A DNA stretch of 64,000 nucleotides from Candidatus Aminicenantes bacterium (GTDB lineage: Bacteria > Acidobacteriota > Aminicenantia > Aminicenantales > JAFGBC01). The notes beneath the pieces were generated by a model. The model was not told the DNA's origin, made no database searches, and worked only from the letters and a program-made list of their open reading frames with translations. The stretch lies in NCBI GenBank assembly GCA_963702005.1, contig OY969696.1, positions 1,024,001 through 1,088,000 on the forward strand, given 5' to 3'. A program made the translations under genes and the position numbers. This document shows positions 27,663 through 36,813 of the stretch, in pieces; the stretch's first letter is position 1; the number at the start of each line of letters is the position of its first letter.

Positions 27663-29240
27663 ATGCCGGGAACAGCCCAGGGATCCTTGACCCGCCGGGA
27701 ACTCATCAGGCTCGGCCTTTCGAGCGCCGCGCTGTCCTGCTTGAACGGCCGCTGCAAAAAAACGACCGGCGGGAGCACGCCGGACCAGCCAAAGCCGCAG
27801 CCTCAACCCGTTTACCAGCTGACCGACGGCAAATCCTTGTACGACGATTTCGACGGGAACGGCTGCCTGCAGAGCTATGACAGCCAAAACCTGGCGGAAG
27901 CGGGCCGGCTCAACTCCAAGATCTGGTCGGCCTGGACGGGGTACGGAACGGCCGATGTCGTGCCGTCGCCGCTGGCGAGCGGTCTGCTGACCGTCGTCGA
28001 TGAAAACGGCCAAAGAGTCGAGTACGGCTGGCAGGACCGGGCCGTCCAGGAGATCGTCAGCTACCTCGTCGAGAATCCCAGGCCCGTGACGGCTTTCGAG
28101 AGGGACGTCCTCCAACGGCTGCTCAACGATCGAGGGAAAGCGGCCGTGGCCGGCCTCGAGGCGAGAGAGCTCGACATCCAGGTCAAGATCATTCAGTATC
28201 TCCTCAACTTCAGGGATGAACTGTTCAACGAGCGGGGGCGGGCTCTGGTCACCGCGCTATCCGAAATGGAATCCGGCGGCCTGGCGCGCGAGGGATTGCT
28301 GAAGTTGGCCAAGCGGGGCTTCGACGAGACGGAGCTGTTCGTCGTCAGCCAGCTCGCCGCCGAAAAACGGCTCTATGACAGCCTCCAGAAGTCCCCTGTC
28401 CGCAAGGCGCTCGGGGCGGGACAGCACATCGTTCGGACCGCCCTCGGATGGCGAACCGAACGGCAGGAGATCAAGTACGTGTTCGATGCCGCTGGCAGGC
28501 TTATCGACGCCGTCCCGCACGTCGCCGGGCAGCCTTATCACGGCTCTCAAAAGCTCCTCTGGTTGGGCGCCAAGGACGGCTTCCTTAAGAGCGGGAACGG
28601 GTCCTGTCTCATCCGAAAGGGCCGTGTCTATGCCGAGGCCCGGCTCCTTCAAGCGGCCGGCCGCGGATATGTCCTCGAGATGACGAACAGCCTCCTGATG
28701 GGCATGCCCTGCAACTGCTGCTGGCCGACCAAGGTCGAGTTCGCGGACAGCAAGTCCTTCAGCGCCGACGTCCTGCTCTCCTCCCAATCGACCACCCGGC
28801 GCCATTACGCCGTGCTGGATTATCACACGACCATCCCCGAGCAGCCGCCGGGAAAAAGCTGGCTCATTCAGATCGGGATCGGCACGGTCCAGGGGACCGC
28901 TCTCCACCTCGTCTGCCAATGCTGCAACGTGAACACGGGCTACCGCTTTTTCAAGTACCTGGGCGAGGCCCAGCTCGACCGCTGGTACAACCTCCGCTTC
29001 GACATCGTCACCGCCAAGGACGACAGCTCCCTCAAGGCCACCGAGCTCCGGGTCGATTTCTATGTCGACGGGATTTTGTTGGCGTCGGAAATTCCCGAAG
29101 ACAGCGAGCTTCTCCTCGACTCGGCCCGGACGGGCGCCGGACCCACGCGGATCATCTCGGTCAACAACGAGGAAGAGAACCGAACCAGCGTCGCTTTCTT
29201 CGACAACGTCAGGGCGGTCTATAAAAACCGGATAAGCTGA
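27663..29240 (+). CDS. Tat-exported probable lipoprotein with lectin/LamG-like beta domain and helical insert
   Basis: LTRRELIRLG signal followed by Cys residues; YDDFDG; C-terminal WYNLRF..VDFYVDG..FFDNVRA. Starts just after the stop of the upstream hydrolase. Confidence 0.6.
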   Translation: MPGTAQGSLTRRELIRLGLSSAALSCLNGRCKKTTGGSTPDQPKPQPQPVYQLTDGKSLYDDFDGNGCLQSYDSQNLAEAGRLNSKIWSAWTGYGTADVVPSPLASGLLTVVDENGQRVEYGWQDRAVQEIVSYLVENPRPVTAFERDVLQRLLNDRGKAAVAGLEARELDIQVKIIQYLLNFRDELFNERGRALVTALSEMESGGLAREGLLKLAKRGFDETELFVVSQLAAEKRLYDSLQKSPVRKALGAGQHIVRTALGWRTERQEIKYVFDAAGRLIDAVPHVAGQPYHGSQKLLWLGAKDGFLKSGNGSCLIRKGRVYAEARLLQAAGRGYVLEMTNSLLMGMPCNCCWPTKVEFADSKSFSADVLLSSQSTTRRHYAVLDYHTTIPEQPPGKSWLIQIGIGTVQGTALHLVCQCCNVNTGYRFFKYLGEAQLDRWYNLRFDIVTAKDDSSLKATELRVDFYVDGILLASEIPEDSELLLDSARTGAGPTRIISVNNEEENRTSVAFFDNVRAVYKNRIS

Positions 29241-29249
29241 GGGATCCGA

Positions 29250-29274
29250 ACGCCGTGCTGGATTATCACACGAC
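29250..29274 (+). repeat. 25-bp exact direct repeat of 28807-28831
   Basis: acgccgtgctggattatcacacgac at both positions. Confidence 0.9.
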
Positions 29275-29371
29275 TGGATGATTCCGCATGATTTTCAGAC
29301 CTGCGCCAAAAATCAAGAAACCAATCCCTAGCGTCTACCAAAAACTCAGCTTTTAGAAACTTATTAACTGG

Positions 29372-31051
29372 TTATTGGCTTAAGGCTCGTTTATTTTTCT
29401 TGCGCCAGGCCAGCCAGACCATGAGCACGGTGACCAGGATCAAACCGATGACCATGGCGCGCGCCCCCCAGAGATAGGGATGACGGCTTTGTTCCTCGCC
29501 CTTCATGAGGAACTTGCCGATGGCATCCTGGTATATCCAGCCACCCAGGACCACCATCATGTAGACCGGGGTGACGTATTTCAGGATGAATTTAAAGATT
29601 TTCGGCACTTTCAGGTCGGCGCCCTGGTGCATTTCTTCCCAACCCTTCTTAACGCCGAAAATCCAGGAAAAGAGGACGATCTCGATGGTGGCGAAAACGA
29701 CCAAGCCGAAGGTGCCGGCCCAGAAATCGATCTCGTCCAGGAAGCCGAACTTGAAGAAGACGACAACCAGCGCCGTACAGGCCACCATGACGGCGAACAC
29801 CGTGTTCACCGCTTTGGTGCGTTTCCACTTGAATTCGTCCTCCAGGAAGGCGATGGCCGGCGAGGTCAAGGCCACCGATGAGGTGATGCCGGCGATGAAG
29901 AGCAGGAAAAACCACATGGCACCTAAAATCTGGCCCATGGGGATCTTCTGGAAGATGACCGGCAGGGACTGGAAGCCCAGGTTGAAGGCCCCCTCGCTGG
30001 CGATGAGCTTGGTCTCGACCACGCCGAAAAAGGCCACGGCCACCGGGATGGCGATGGTGCCGCCCAGGATGACCTCGGCGAATTCGTTGGTCATAGAGGT
30101 GGTCAGGCCGTTCAGCGTGACATCGTCCTTTTCGCGCAGGTAGGAGGCGTAGGTGTTGATGATGCCCTGGCCCAAGCTCAGGGTGAAGAAGATCTGCCCG
30201 GCCGCCACCAGCCAGACCGTGGCCCGGCTGAGCTGGCTGAAATCGGGGTTCCACATGAAACCCATGCCGGCGCCCACGGAGGAGACGCCCGAAGCCGGGG
30301 CGCCCAGGGTCAGCACGCGGACAGCCAAAACGATGCCGAAAATGAACAGGACCGGCATGCCGATCTTGGCCAGAACTTCGATGCCTTTGGATATGCCTTT
30401 GCGCAGGAAATAGTAATTCAGGAAAATAGTAATGGCCAGAAAAACAAAGAGCGGCAGCCAGGAGGCGAAGAACTGGTTGTGCTCCACCGCCTGGAAGCCG
30501 CGCAGGAACCGGCCCATGGCGTCGCGCGTCGTCAAGCCGAAATATTTGCCGGTGCCCGAGAACCAGGCGAAGCCCAGCGTCCAGGACTCGATGAAATTAT
30601 AATAAACCACGATGAGAAACGGCAGGGAGATGCCCAGGGCGCCGAGGTACTTGGCGGCCGGGTGCTTCCACAGCAACTCGAACATGCCGGGTGTGGTGCC
30701 GTGGCCGTGGACGCCGCCGTGGCGGCCTATGGACCATTCCACCCACATCAGCGGGACGCCCAGGAAAATCAGGGCGCAGAAATAGGGGATCATGAAGGCG
30801 CCGCCGCCGTTGGCTGCCGCCTTGACCGGGAAGCGCAGAAAATTGCCCAGGCCGATGGCGTTGCCGGCCATGGCCAGGATTAGGCCGATGCGCGAAGCCC
30901 AATGGGCCCGGCCGCCGATTCCAACCGGCCCGGCATCTTTCTTCTTCTTGGCCAGCAGCACGCGGCTGAAGCAATAAATCAGTACTACCAGGATCACTCC
31001 CCAGGCTGCGGCCAGGGAGATCCAGCCCCAGAAGTTCAGTCCTTGGCTAAT
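29372..31051 (-). CDS. Sodium-dependent transporter of the NSS/SNF (LeuT-like) family with an extra N-terminal TM segment
   Basis: RAHWASRIGLILAMAGNAIGLGNFLRFP, GGGAFMIPY, W..AAGQIFFTLSLG. Start placed at ATT 31051 from RBS spacing; the alternative is GTG 30997. Confidence 0.9.
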   Translation of the reverse strand: MSQGLNFWGWISLAAAWGVILVVLIYCFSRVLLAKKKKDAGPVGIGGRAHWASRIGLILAMAGNAIGLGNFLRFPVKAAANGGGAFMIPYFCALIFLGVPLMWVEWSIGRHGGVHGHGTTPGMFELLWKHPAAKYLGALGISLPFLIVVYYNFIESWTLGFAWFSGTGKYFGLTTRDAMGRFLRGFQAVEHNQFFASWLPLFVFLAITIFLNYYFLRKGISKGIEVLAKIGMPVLFIFGIVLAVRVLTLGAPASGVSSVGAGMGFMWNPDFSQLSRATVWLVAAGQIFFTLSLGQGIINTYASYLREKDDVTLNGLTTSMTNEFAEVILGGTIAIPVAVAFFGVVETKLIASEGAFNLGFQSLPVIFQKIPMGQILGAMWFFLLFIAGITSSVALTSPAIAFLEDEFKWKRTKAVNTVFAVMVACTALVVVFFKFGFLDEIDFWAGTFGLVVFATIEIVLFSWIFGVKKGWEEMHQGADLKVPKIFKFILKYVTPVYMMVVLGGWIYQDAIGKFLMKGEEQSRHPYLWGARAMVIGLILVTVLMVWLAWRKKNKRALSQ

Positions 31052-31076
31052 GTTCGTGCCTCCTCAATAGGAAAAA

Positions 31077-31105
31077 ATGTTAGTCAATCGGGAAAACTTT
31101 GTCAA
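31077..31105 (-). promoter_or_regulatory. Sigma70 promoter TTGACA-17-TAACAT for the NSS transporter
   Basis: Minus strand ttgaca aagttttcccgattgac taacat. Confidence 0.65.
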
Positions 31106-31156
31106 GCGGCTGAACGAGTACAAACGGACCGTCTCCATCCGCCGGTCCGCGACGTA

Positions 31157-31186
31157 TTGACAGGGGCCGTGCCAGACTCCTACAAT
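31157..31186 (+). promoter_or_regulatory. Sigma70 promoter TTGACA-18-TACAAT
   Basis: Duplicated with the same spacing at 33370-33399. Confidence 0.7.
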
Positions 31187-31221
31187 TAGGCCACGGCCGA
31201 ACGCGGCCGGGAGGGAACACC

Positions 31222-33294
31222 ATGAAGGGAAAAAGAGCCGGATTCTTTCTTTTAATTATCGGTCTATCCGTCACTCTAAGCGTATCGACTTCGGCATCGA
31301 TGCCGTCCGCTCGGCTTGTGCCGGCCGGCGCCGGAGCCGACGCGCCGCTTTATTTCGTCCCCAACCGGGGACAGACCTCGCCGGAAGTCCTTTTCTACGC
31401 GCAGCAGCCCGGGATGACGCTGTGGCTGACCAAACGGGGCTTGGTGTTCGACCGGACGGACCCGACGCCCGACGGGCCGCATCGCTCCGTCTCGAGGCTG
31501 ACATTCCAGGGAGGCCGTCCAGAGGCCAAGGTCACGGCCCTGGACCCAACCCCCTACGCGGTCAGCTATTTTTACGGCGCGGACGAGGCAGGTTGGCGGA
31601 CCGGTCTGCCGACGTCTGGGGCGGTCCTCTACCGGAACCTCTACGACGGCATTGACCTCAAACTCTACGGGAACGGCCGCCGGATCGAATACGACTGGAT
31701 CGTCCGGCCGGGCGCGGACCCCGCCCGGATCCGCTTTGCTTGGGAGGGGGATCGGCCGGCCGGCCTGGACGCCGAGGGCAACCTCGTCTTCGGGACGATT
31801 CGGAACGGCTTCAAGATGCTCAAGCCCGAAACTTACCAGGTGATCGCCGGCCGGAGAGTGGAGGTCGCCTCGTCCTTCCGCGAGCTCGAAAAGGGCCTGT
31901 TCGGGTTCGAGGTCGCCGCCTATGATCGGGACAACGCCCTGATCATCGATCCTCTTGTCATCCTCTATTGGACTTATCTCGGCGGCCGGGGCCTGGAATG
32001 GGCATACTCCGTCGCCGTCGATAAGACCGGGGCCGCCTATGTCTTCGGCTATACCGAGAGCCTGGACTTTCCCCCGGTCAAAGTGACCAAGCCCCGGCAG
32101 GATGTGTTCGTCACAAAGCTCGCGCCGGACGGGAAGAGCCTGGTCTATTCCGCTTTTTTCCCGAGTACGATTGATCAGGCCCGACTGCCCAAGCTGGCCG
32201 TGGACGGGGCCGGAGCGGTCTATCTGGCCGGCATCGCCACCAGCCGCAATTTTCCGATCAAGAACGCGTTCCAAAAAACGTTCAAGGGCGACTGGGCGGA
32301 CGCCTTCTTCCTGAAGCTGGCCCCTTCCGGAAAAAGCCTGGTCTTTTCCTCTTTTCTAGGGGGCAAGTCTTATGACAGCGGACTCTCCATCGCGGTCGAC
32401 GCCGCGGGCTATATTTATGTCAGCGGCCAGACGGAGAGCGGGGATTTTCCCATCAAGAACGCGTTCCAGAGCAAACTGGGCGGCTTTTCGGATGTTTTCA
32501 TCACCAAGTTCAAACCGGACGGCCGAACCCTCGTCTTCTCGACCTATCTAGGTTCGTTGGGCTTTGATACTTTCGGAGGCCTGGCCGTCGACAGCCAGGG
32601 CGCGGTATTCGTCGCCGGCGGCACTAGCGGACCCGGCTTGCCCCTCAAGAATCCCTTCCAGAAAAAGTACGGGGGAGGCTATGATGACGCCTTTATTTCC
32701 AAGCTGGCCCCTTCCGGCGACAAGCTCGTCTATTCCAGCTATCTGGGAGGGCCTCGGACCGATCGGGCTTGGGGCTTGGCCGTCGACGGCGCCGGCGCGG
32801 CCTACCTCGTAGGGGGAACCAACAGCGGATTCCCGGTTAAGAACGCTTTCCAAAAAACCTACAGGGGATCCGATGAAGCCTTTGTTGCTAAAGTCAGCCC
32901 CGACGGCACCAAGCTGGTTTATGCGAGCTATCTAGGCGGGTCGGGATCGGAAGCGGCCTTCGATGTCGTCGCGGACGGGACCGGCGCCGCCTATGTCGTC
33001 GGCTCAACCGAGAGCCGCGATTTCCCGCTCAAGAATCCCTACATGAACCGCCTGAAGGGAAGCTCGGACTGCTTCCTGACCGCCGTCGCGCCGAACGGCC
33101 AGAGCCTCATGCTGTCAACCTACCTGGGCGGCGAGTATCGAGACGAATGGGGCGGCGTGGCCATGGATTCCGCCGGAAATCTCTACTTCGTCTGCACGAC
33201 GAACAGCCCCGATCTGCCCGTTTACAAGGCCTATCAGAAGTCTTTTGCGGGTCTCGAAGACGGCTGCGTCCTGAAGCTCAAGATCGGCGATTAG
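31222..33294 (+). CDS. SBBP-repeat secreted protein, paralog 3
   Basis: Same architecture; signal peptide. Confidence 0.9.
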   Translation: MKGKRAGFFLLIIGLSVTLSVSTSASMPSARLVPAGAGADAPLYFVPNRGQTSPEVLFYAQQPGMTLWLTKRGLVFDRTDPTPDGPHRSVSRLTFQGGRPEAKVTALDPTPYAVSYFYGADEAGWRTGLPTSGAVLYRNLYDGIDLKLYGNGRRIEYDWIVRPGADPARIRFAWEGDRPAGLDAEGNLVFGTIRNGFKMLKPETYQVIAGRRVEVASSFRELEKGLFGFEVAAYDRDNALIIDPLVILYWTYLGGRGLEWAYSVAVDKTGAAYVFGYTESLDFPPVKVTKPRQDVFVTKLAPDGKSLVYSAFFPSTIDQARLPKLAVDGAGAVYLAGIATSRNFPIKNAFQKTFKGDWADAFFLKLAPSGKSLVFSSFLGGKSYDSGLSIAVDAAGYIYVSGQTESGDFPIKNAFQSKLGGFSDVFITKFKPDGRTLVFSTYLGSLGFDTFGGLAVDSQGAVFVAGGTSGPGLPLKNPFQKKYGGGYDDAFISKLAPSGDKLVYSSYLGGPRTDRAWGLAVDGAGAAYLVGGTNSGFPVKNAFQKTYRGSDEAFVAKVSPDGTKLVYASYLGGSGSEAAFDVVADGTGAAYVVGSTESRDFPLKNPYMNRLKGSSDCFLTAVAPNGQSLMLSTYLGGEYRDEWGGVAMDSAGNLYFVCTTNSPDLPVYKAYQKSFAGLEDGCVLKLKIGD

Positions 33295-33369
33295 GTTGAG
33301 CCGGCGCCCCACAGCGGAGAACGGCGCGTCAAACGGCCTCGCTCCGTCAGGGCGGAGGATCCGGCCATA

Positions 33370-33399
33370 TTGACAGGGAGAACGCCCGACTCCTACAAT
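33370..33399 (+). promoter_or_regulatory. Sigma70 promoter TTGACA-18-TACAAT (duplicate)
   Basis: ttgaca gggagaacgcccgactcc tacaat. Confidence 0.7.
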
Positions 33400-33434
33400 G
33401 AGGCCATAGCCGATCGCGGCCAGGAGGGAAGCCC

Positions 33435-35501
33435 ATGAAGGGAAAAAGAGCCCAATTCTTTCTTTTTATCGGTCTGTCCGTCGTTCTGGGCGTATCGACC
33501 TCAGTATCGATGCCGTCCGCTCGGCTTGTGCCGGCTGGCGCCGGAGCCGACGCGCCGCTTTATTTCGTCCCCAACCGAGGACAGACCTCGCCGGAAGTCC
33601 TTTTCTACGCGCAGAAGCCCGGACTGACGTTGTGGCTGACTACGAAGGGCCTGGCTATTGATCGGTCGGACCCAGCCGGCGGACGGAGCTCGAAACGCGC
33701 CGTCTCGAGGCTGCTATTCCTCGGTGCCCGTAAAGACGCCCAAGCCTCGGCTCTCGATACGGCCGGATACGGCGTCAGCTACTTCTATGGCAGCGACGAG
33801 GCCGAATGGCGAACCGATATACCCACATCCAGGGCCGTCATTTACCGAGACGTTTACGACGGCATCGACCTTAAGGTCTACGGCAACGAGCGCGAAGTCG
33901 AATACGACTGGATCGTCCGGCCGGGCGCGGACCCCGCCCGGATCCGGTTCGCGATTGAAGGCGAAGAACGGGCGGCCCTGGATCGCGATGGGAACCTCGT
34001 CGTCGGGACTTCGCAGAGCGGGCTCAGAATCCTCAGGCCGGCGAGCTACCAGGTCCTCGACGGCCGGAAGGTGAAAGTCGCCTCGTCCTTCCGCGGAAGG
34101 GACGGCGCTTTCGGCTTCGAAATCGGTCCCTACGACCGGCGGTCCGCGCTCATCATCGATCCCCTCGTCCTTGCTTATTCAACCTATCTCGGCGGCAGGG
34201 GCGAGGAATGGGGCTACTCTATCGCCGTCGACGCGAGCGGGGCCGCCTACGTCGCCGGCTTCACCGATAGCCTGAACTTTCCTCCGGTCACCGTGACCAA
34301 GCCCCGGAAGGACGTGTTCGTATCCAAGCTCGCGTCGGACGGAAAGAGCCTACTCTATTCCGCCTTCTTCCCGAGCGACACCGATCAAGCCCGCCTGCCC
34401 AAGCTTATCGTGGATGGGACGGGCGCGGTCTATCTCGCCGGCGTCGCCGTGAGCCGTCAATTTCCAGTCAAGAACGCGTTCCAAAAAACGTTCAAGGGCG
34501 GCTGGTCGGACGCCTATTTCCTGAAGCTGGCTCCCTCCGGCAAGAGCCTGGTTTTTTCTTCCTACCTGGGGGGCAAGGGCTATGACAGCGGAATCGCCAT
34601 CGCGGTCGACGCCGCGGGATATGTCTTCGTCGGCGGCCAGACGGACAGCCGGGACTTTCCGGTTAAAAACGCCATCCAAAGTTCATCGGCCGGGCGCCGG
34701 GACGTCTTCATCGCCAAGTTCACGCCGGACGGCAAAAGCCTCGTCTTCGCGACCTATCTCGGTTCCTCGGGCGATGATGCGCTTGGGGGGCTGATCATCG
34801 ATGGTCAAGGGGCCGTCTACGTCACGGGCGGAGCCGGAGCCGGTTTTCCTTTGAAAAATCCCTTTCAGAAAACGTGGGGAGGCGGGGGTGAAGATGCTTT
34901 CATCTCCAAATTGGCCGCCTCCGGAGACAAGCTCGTCTATTCCAGCTATCTGGGCGGGCCGCAGTCCGAACGGGCTCAGGCGTTGGCGGTCGACGGCTCC
35001 GGCGCGGCATATATTACGGGCTATACGAACGGAGGTTTCCCGATAAAAAACGCCTTCCAGAAGTCCCGAAAGGGCTCGGAGGAGGGCTTCGTGACCAAAG
35101 TGGCTTCGGACGGGTCCGGCCTCGCCTATTCGACCTACCTGGGCGGATCGGGTTGGGACATGACCTTCGACATTGCCGTGGATGGGAAGGGCGCGGCCTA
35201 CGTCTTCGGGTCGACGGGGAGCCGCGATTTTCCCCTGAAAAATCCTTATCAAAGCGCGCTCAAGGGGAGACAGGACGCCTTCCTGATCGTCTTCGCGCCG
35301 AGCGGCAAGAGCCTTATCTCCTCGACGTTTCTGGGCGGCTTGTATCGAGAAGATTGGGGTGGGTTAGCCTTGGACTCAACGGGCGGGATTTATGTCGTCG
35401 GCACGACGAACAGCCCCGACTTCCCCGTGCTGAAAGCCTATCAAAAAGCGCTCGCCGGAGATTACGACGCGTTTGTCCTCAAGTTCGAGATGACGAAATA
35501 A
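33435..35501 (+). CDS. SBBP-repeat secreted protein, paralog 4 (tandem duplicate of paralog 3)
   Basis: Identical stretch SMPSARLVPAGAGADAPLYFVPNRGQTSPEVLFYAQ shared with paralog 3. Confidence 0.9.
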   Translation: MKGKRAQFFLFIGLSVVLGVSTSVSMPSARLVPAGAGADAPLYFVPNRGQTSPEVLFYAQKPGLTLWLTTKGLAIDRSDPAGGRSSKRAVSRLLFLGARKDAQASALDTAGYGVSYFYGSDEAEWRTDIPTSRAVIYRDVYDGIDLKVYGNEREVEYDWIVRPGADPARIRFAIEGEERAALDRDGNLVVGTSQSGLRILRPASYQVLDGRKVKVASSFRGRDGAFGFEIGPYDRRSALIIDPLVLAYSTYLGGRGEEWGYSIAVDASGAAYVAGFTDSLNFPPVTVTKPRKDVFVSKLASDGKSLLYSAFFPSDTDQARLPKLIVDGTGAVYLAGVAVSRQFPVKNAFQKTFKGGWSDAYFLKLAPSGKSLVFSSYLGGKGYDSGIAIAVDAAGYVFVGGQTDSRDFPVKNAIQSSSAGRRDVFIAKFTPDGKSLVFATYLGSSGDDALGGLIIDGQGAVYVTGGAGAGFPLKNPFQKTWGGGGEDAFISKLAASGDKLVYSSYLGGPQSERAQALAVDGSGAAYITGYTNGGFPIKNAFQKSRKGSEEGFVTKVASDGSGLAYSTYLGGSGWDMTFDIAVDGKGAAYVFGSTGSRDFPLKNPYQSALKGRQDAFLIVFAPSGKSLISSTFLGGLYREDWGGLALDSTGGIYVVGTTNSPDFPVLKAYQKALAGDYDAFVLKFEMTK

Positions 35502-35540
35502 ACAGAAAAACCGCCGTCCAACGGCCTATTCCCCCGGTCT

Positions 35541-36605
35541 CTATTTGAACGCGAACCGTCTGGACACGAAAAGATCAACGCAGGACGCCACGGCCGCCGT
35601 ATCGTAGCAGACTCCCTGTTTCCGGGTAATTTCCCCCAGGATATCGTCGAGGGGATAGGCCGGCCGGTAAGGCCGGTGGGAGGACATCGCCTCGACGACG
35701 TCGGCGACCCGGATGATCCGGGCTTCGGGCAGAATATCCCTCCCGGACAAGCCGAGAGGATAGCCCGAACCGTCCATCTGCTCATGGTGTTGATAAACGA
35801 TATCCGCGACTCTCCAGGGGAATTGGATCGTTTTCAAGAGGTCATAGCCGATCTTGGGATGGGCCTTGACCAAGTCGTACTCGAAGCAGGTCAACCGCCC
35901 GGGCTTGCAGAGAATATCGGCTGGGATGGAGATCTTCCCGATGTCGTGGATGGCGCCCGCGATTCGAATCCCTTCAATCTGTTCCTTGGGCAAACCCATG
36001 TTCGTGGCCATGGACCGGGCCAGATCGGCGACCCGCCGCTGATGCCCGGCCGTGCAGGGATCCCGGAACTCGACGACGGATTCGGAAAGCTCGATGACCC
36101 CGCCCAAGGCGACCCTGAGATTTTTCAGGGTTTGTTTAAGCTCCTCCTCCGTCCGCCGGACGGCGCCGCGCGTGCGCAGGGCCATGACGCCGAACGACAC
36201 GAGATCGGCCAGCTCGGTCAGGATCGCGACTTCCTCGTCGGGGATGGCGCCGCGCCCGGGAGGGAAAATCTCCAATACGCCGATGGAAATATCCATCGTC
36301 TTCAAGGGGAGCTTCAGCGGAGAGGGGGCCATCAGCGGGCGGCCGACATCCTCCTCGGCCCGCGCGACGGCCCGATAGGTAATGCCGTCGTCGTCCACTC
36401 TGCCGACCCGGGCCAGGCCGTAGCCGCCGCTCTCGACCAGGATCCGGCAGACCTCGTTCAGGAGCGCCGATTCATCGGTCGCCCCGACGAGGGCCTTGTT
36501 ACAGCGGAAGAAGGTCCGGCAGAACCTTTCGCTCTCCCGGAGTCGATCTTCCGACCGCCTGAGTTCTTCCCGCAGAGATGTCCGCTTTTGTTTTTTTATA
36601 GACAT
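35541..36605 (-). CDS. GAF-like plus HD-GYP cyclic-dinucleotide phosphodiesterase
   Basis: GHQRRVA, HDIGKI, HHEQMDGSGYP, ADVVEAMSSHRPYR. Start placed at ATG 36605. Confidence 0.88.
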   Translation of the reverse strand: MSIKKQKRTSLREELRRSEDRLRESERFCRTFFRCNKALVGATDESALLNEVCRILVESGGYGLARVGRVDDDGITYRAVARAEEDVGRPLMAPSPLKLPLKTMDISIGVLEIFPPGRGAIPDEEVAILTELADLVSFGVMALRTRGAVRRTEEELKQTLKNLRVALGGVIELSESVVEFRDPCTAGHQRRVADLARSMATNMGLPKEQIEGIRIAGAIHDIGKISIPADILCKPGRLTCFEYDLVKAHPKIGYDLLKTIQFPWRVADIVYQHHEQMDGSGYPLGLSGRDILPEARIIRVADVVEAMSSHRPYRPAYPLDDILGEITRKQGVCYDTAAVASCVDLFVSRRFAFK

Positions 36606-36725
36606 ATTTTGCCCCGCATTTATTTTGTCGTCCCGGAACTCGAAAAATTGAAAAATCGCCGAAAATGGTTGATTTTTCCGCCGGCTTATGTAAAATAGGC
36701 CCTCGAAATCTCGAGAGTCCTTGGC

Positions 36726-36813
36726 GTCCCCGCCCAGAGCCGAGTGCGTTCGACCTCTCAGGGGAGATGCGACGGCATTGACGGCGGGATGAGGTCGGGG
36801 CGGGGAGTCGAAC
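36726..36813 (+). promoter_or_regulatory. Structured 5' leader of hppA (candidate cis-regulatory RNA)
   Basis: tccccgccc (36726-36734) is complementary to gggcgggga (36798-36806, overlapping the RBS); nested stems cgacctc/gaggtcg and atgc/gcat. Confidence 0.4.

Noticed and set aside
28807-29274. 25-bp repeat as a DGR template/variable repeat pair
   Set aside because: Too short, exact with no adenine-specific differences, and no reverse transcriptase in the window.
20935-35501. Internal periodicity in the SBBP genes as non-coding tandem repeats
   Set aside because: It is protein-level beta-propeller blade repetition with synonymous divergence.
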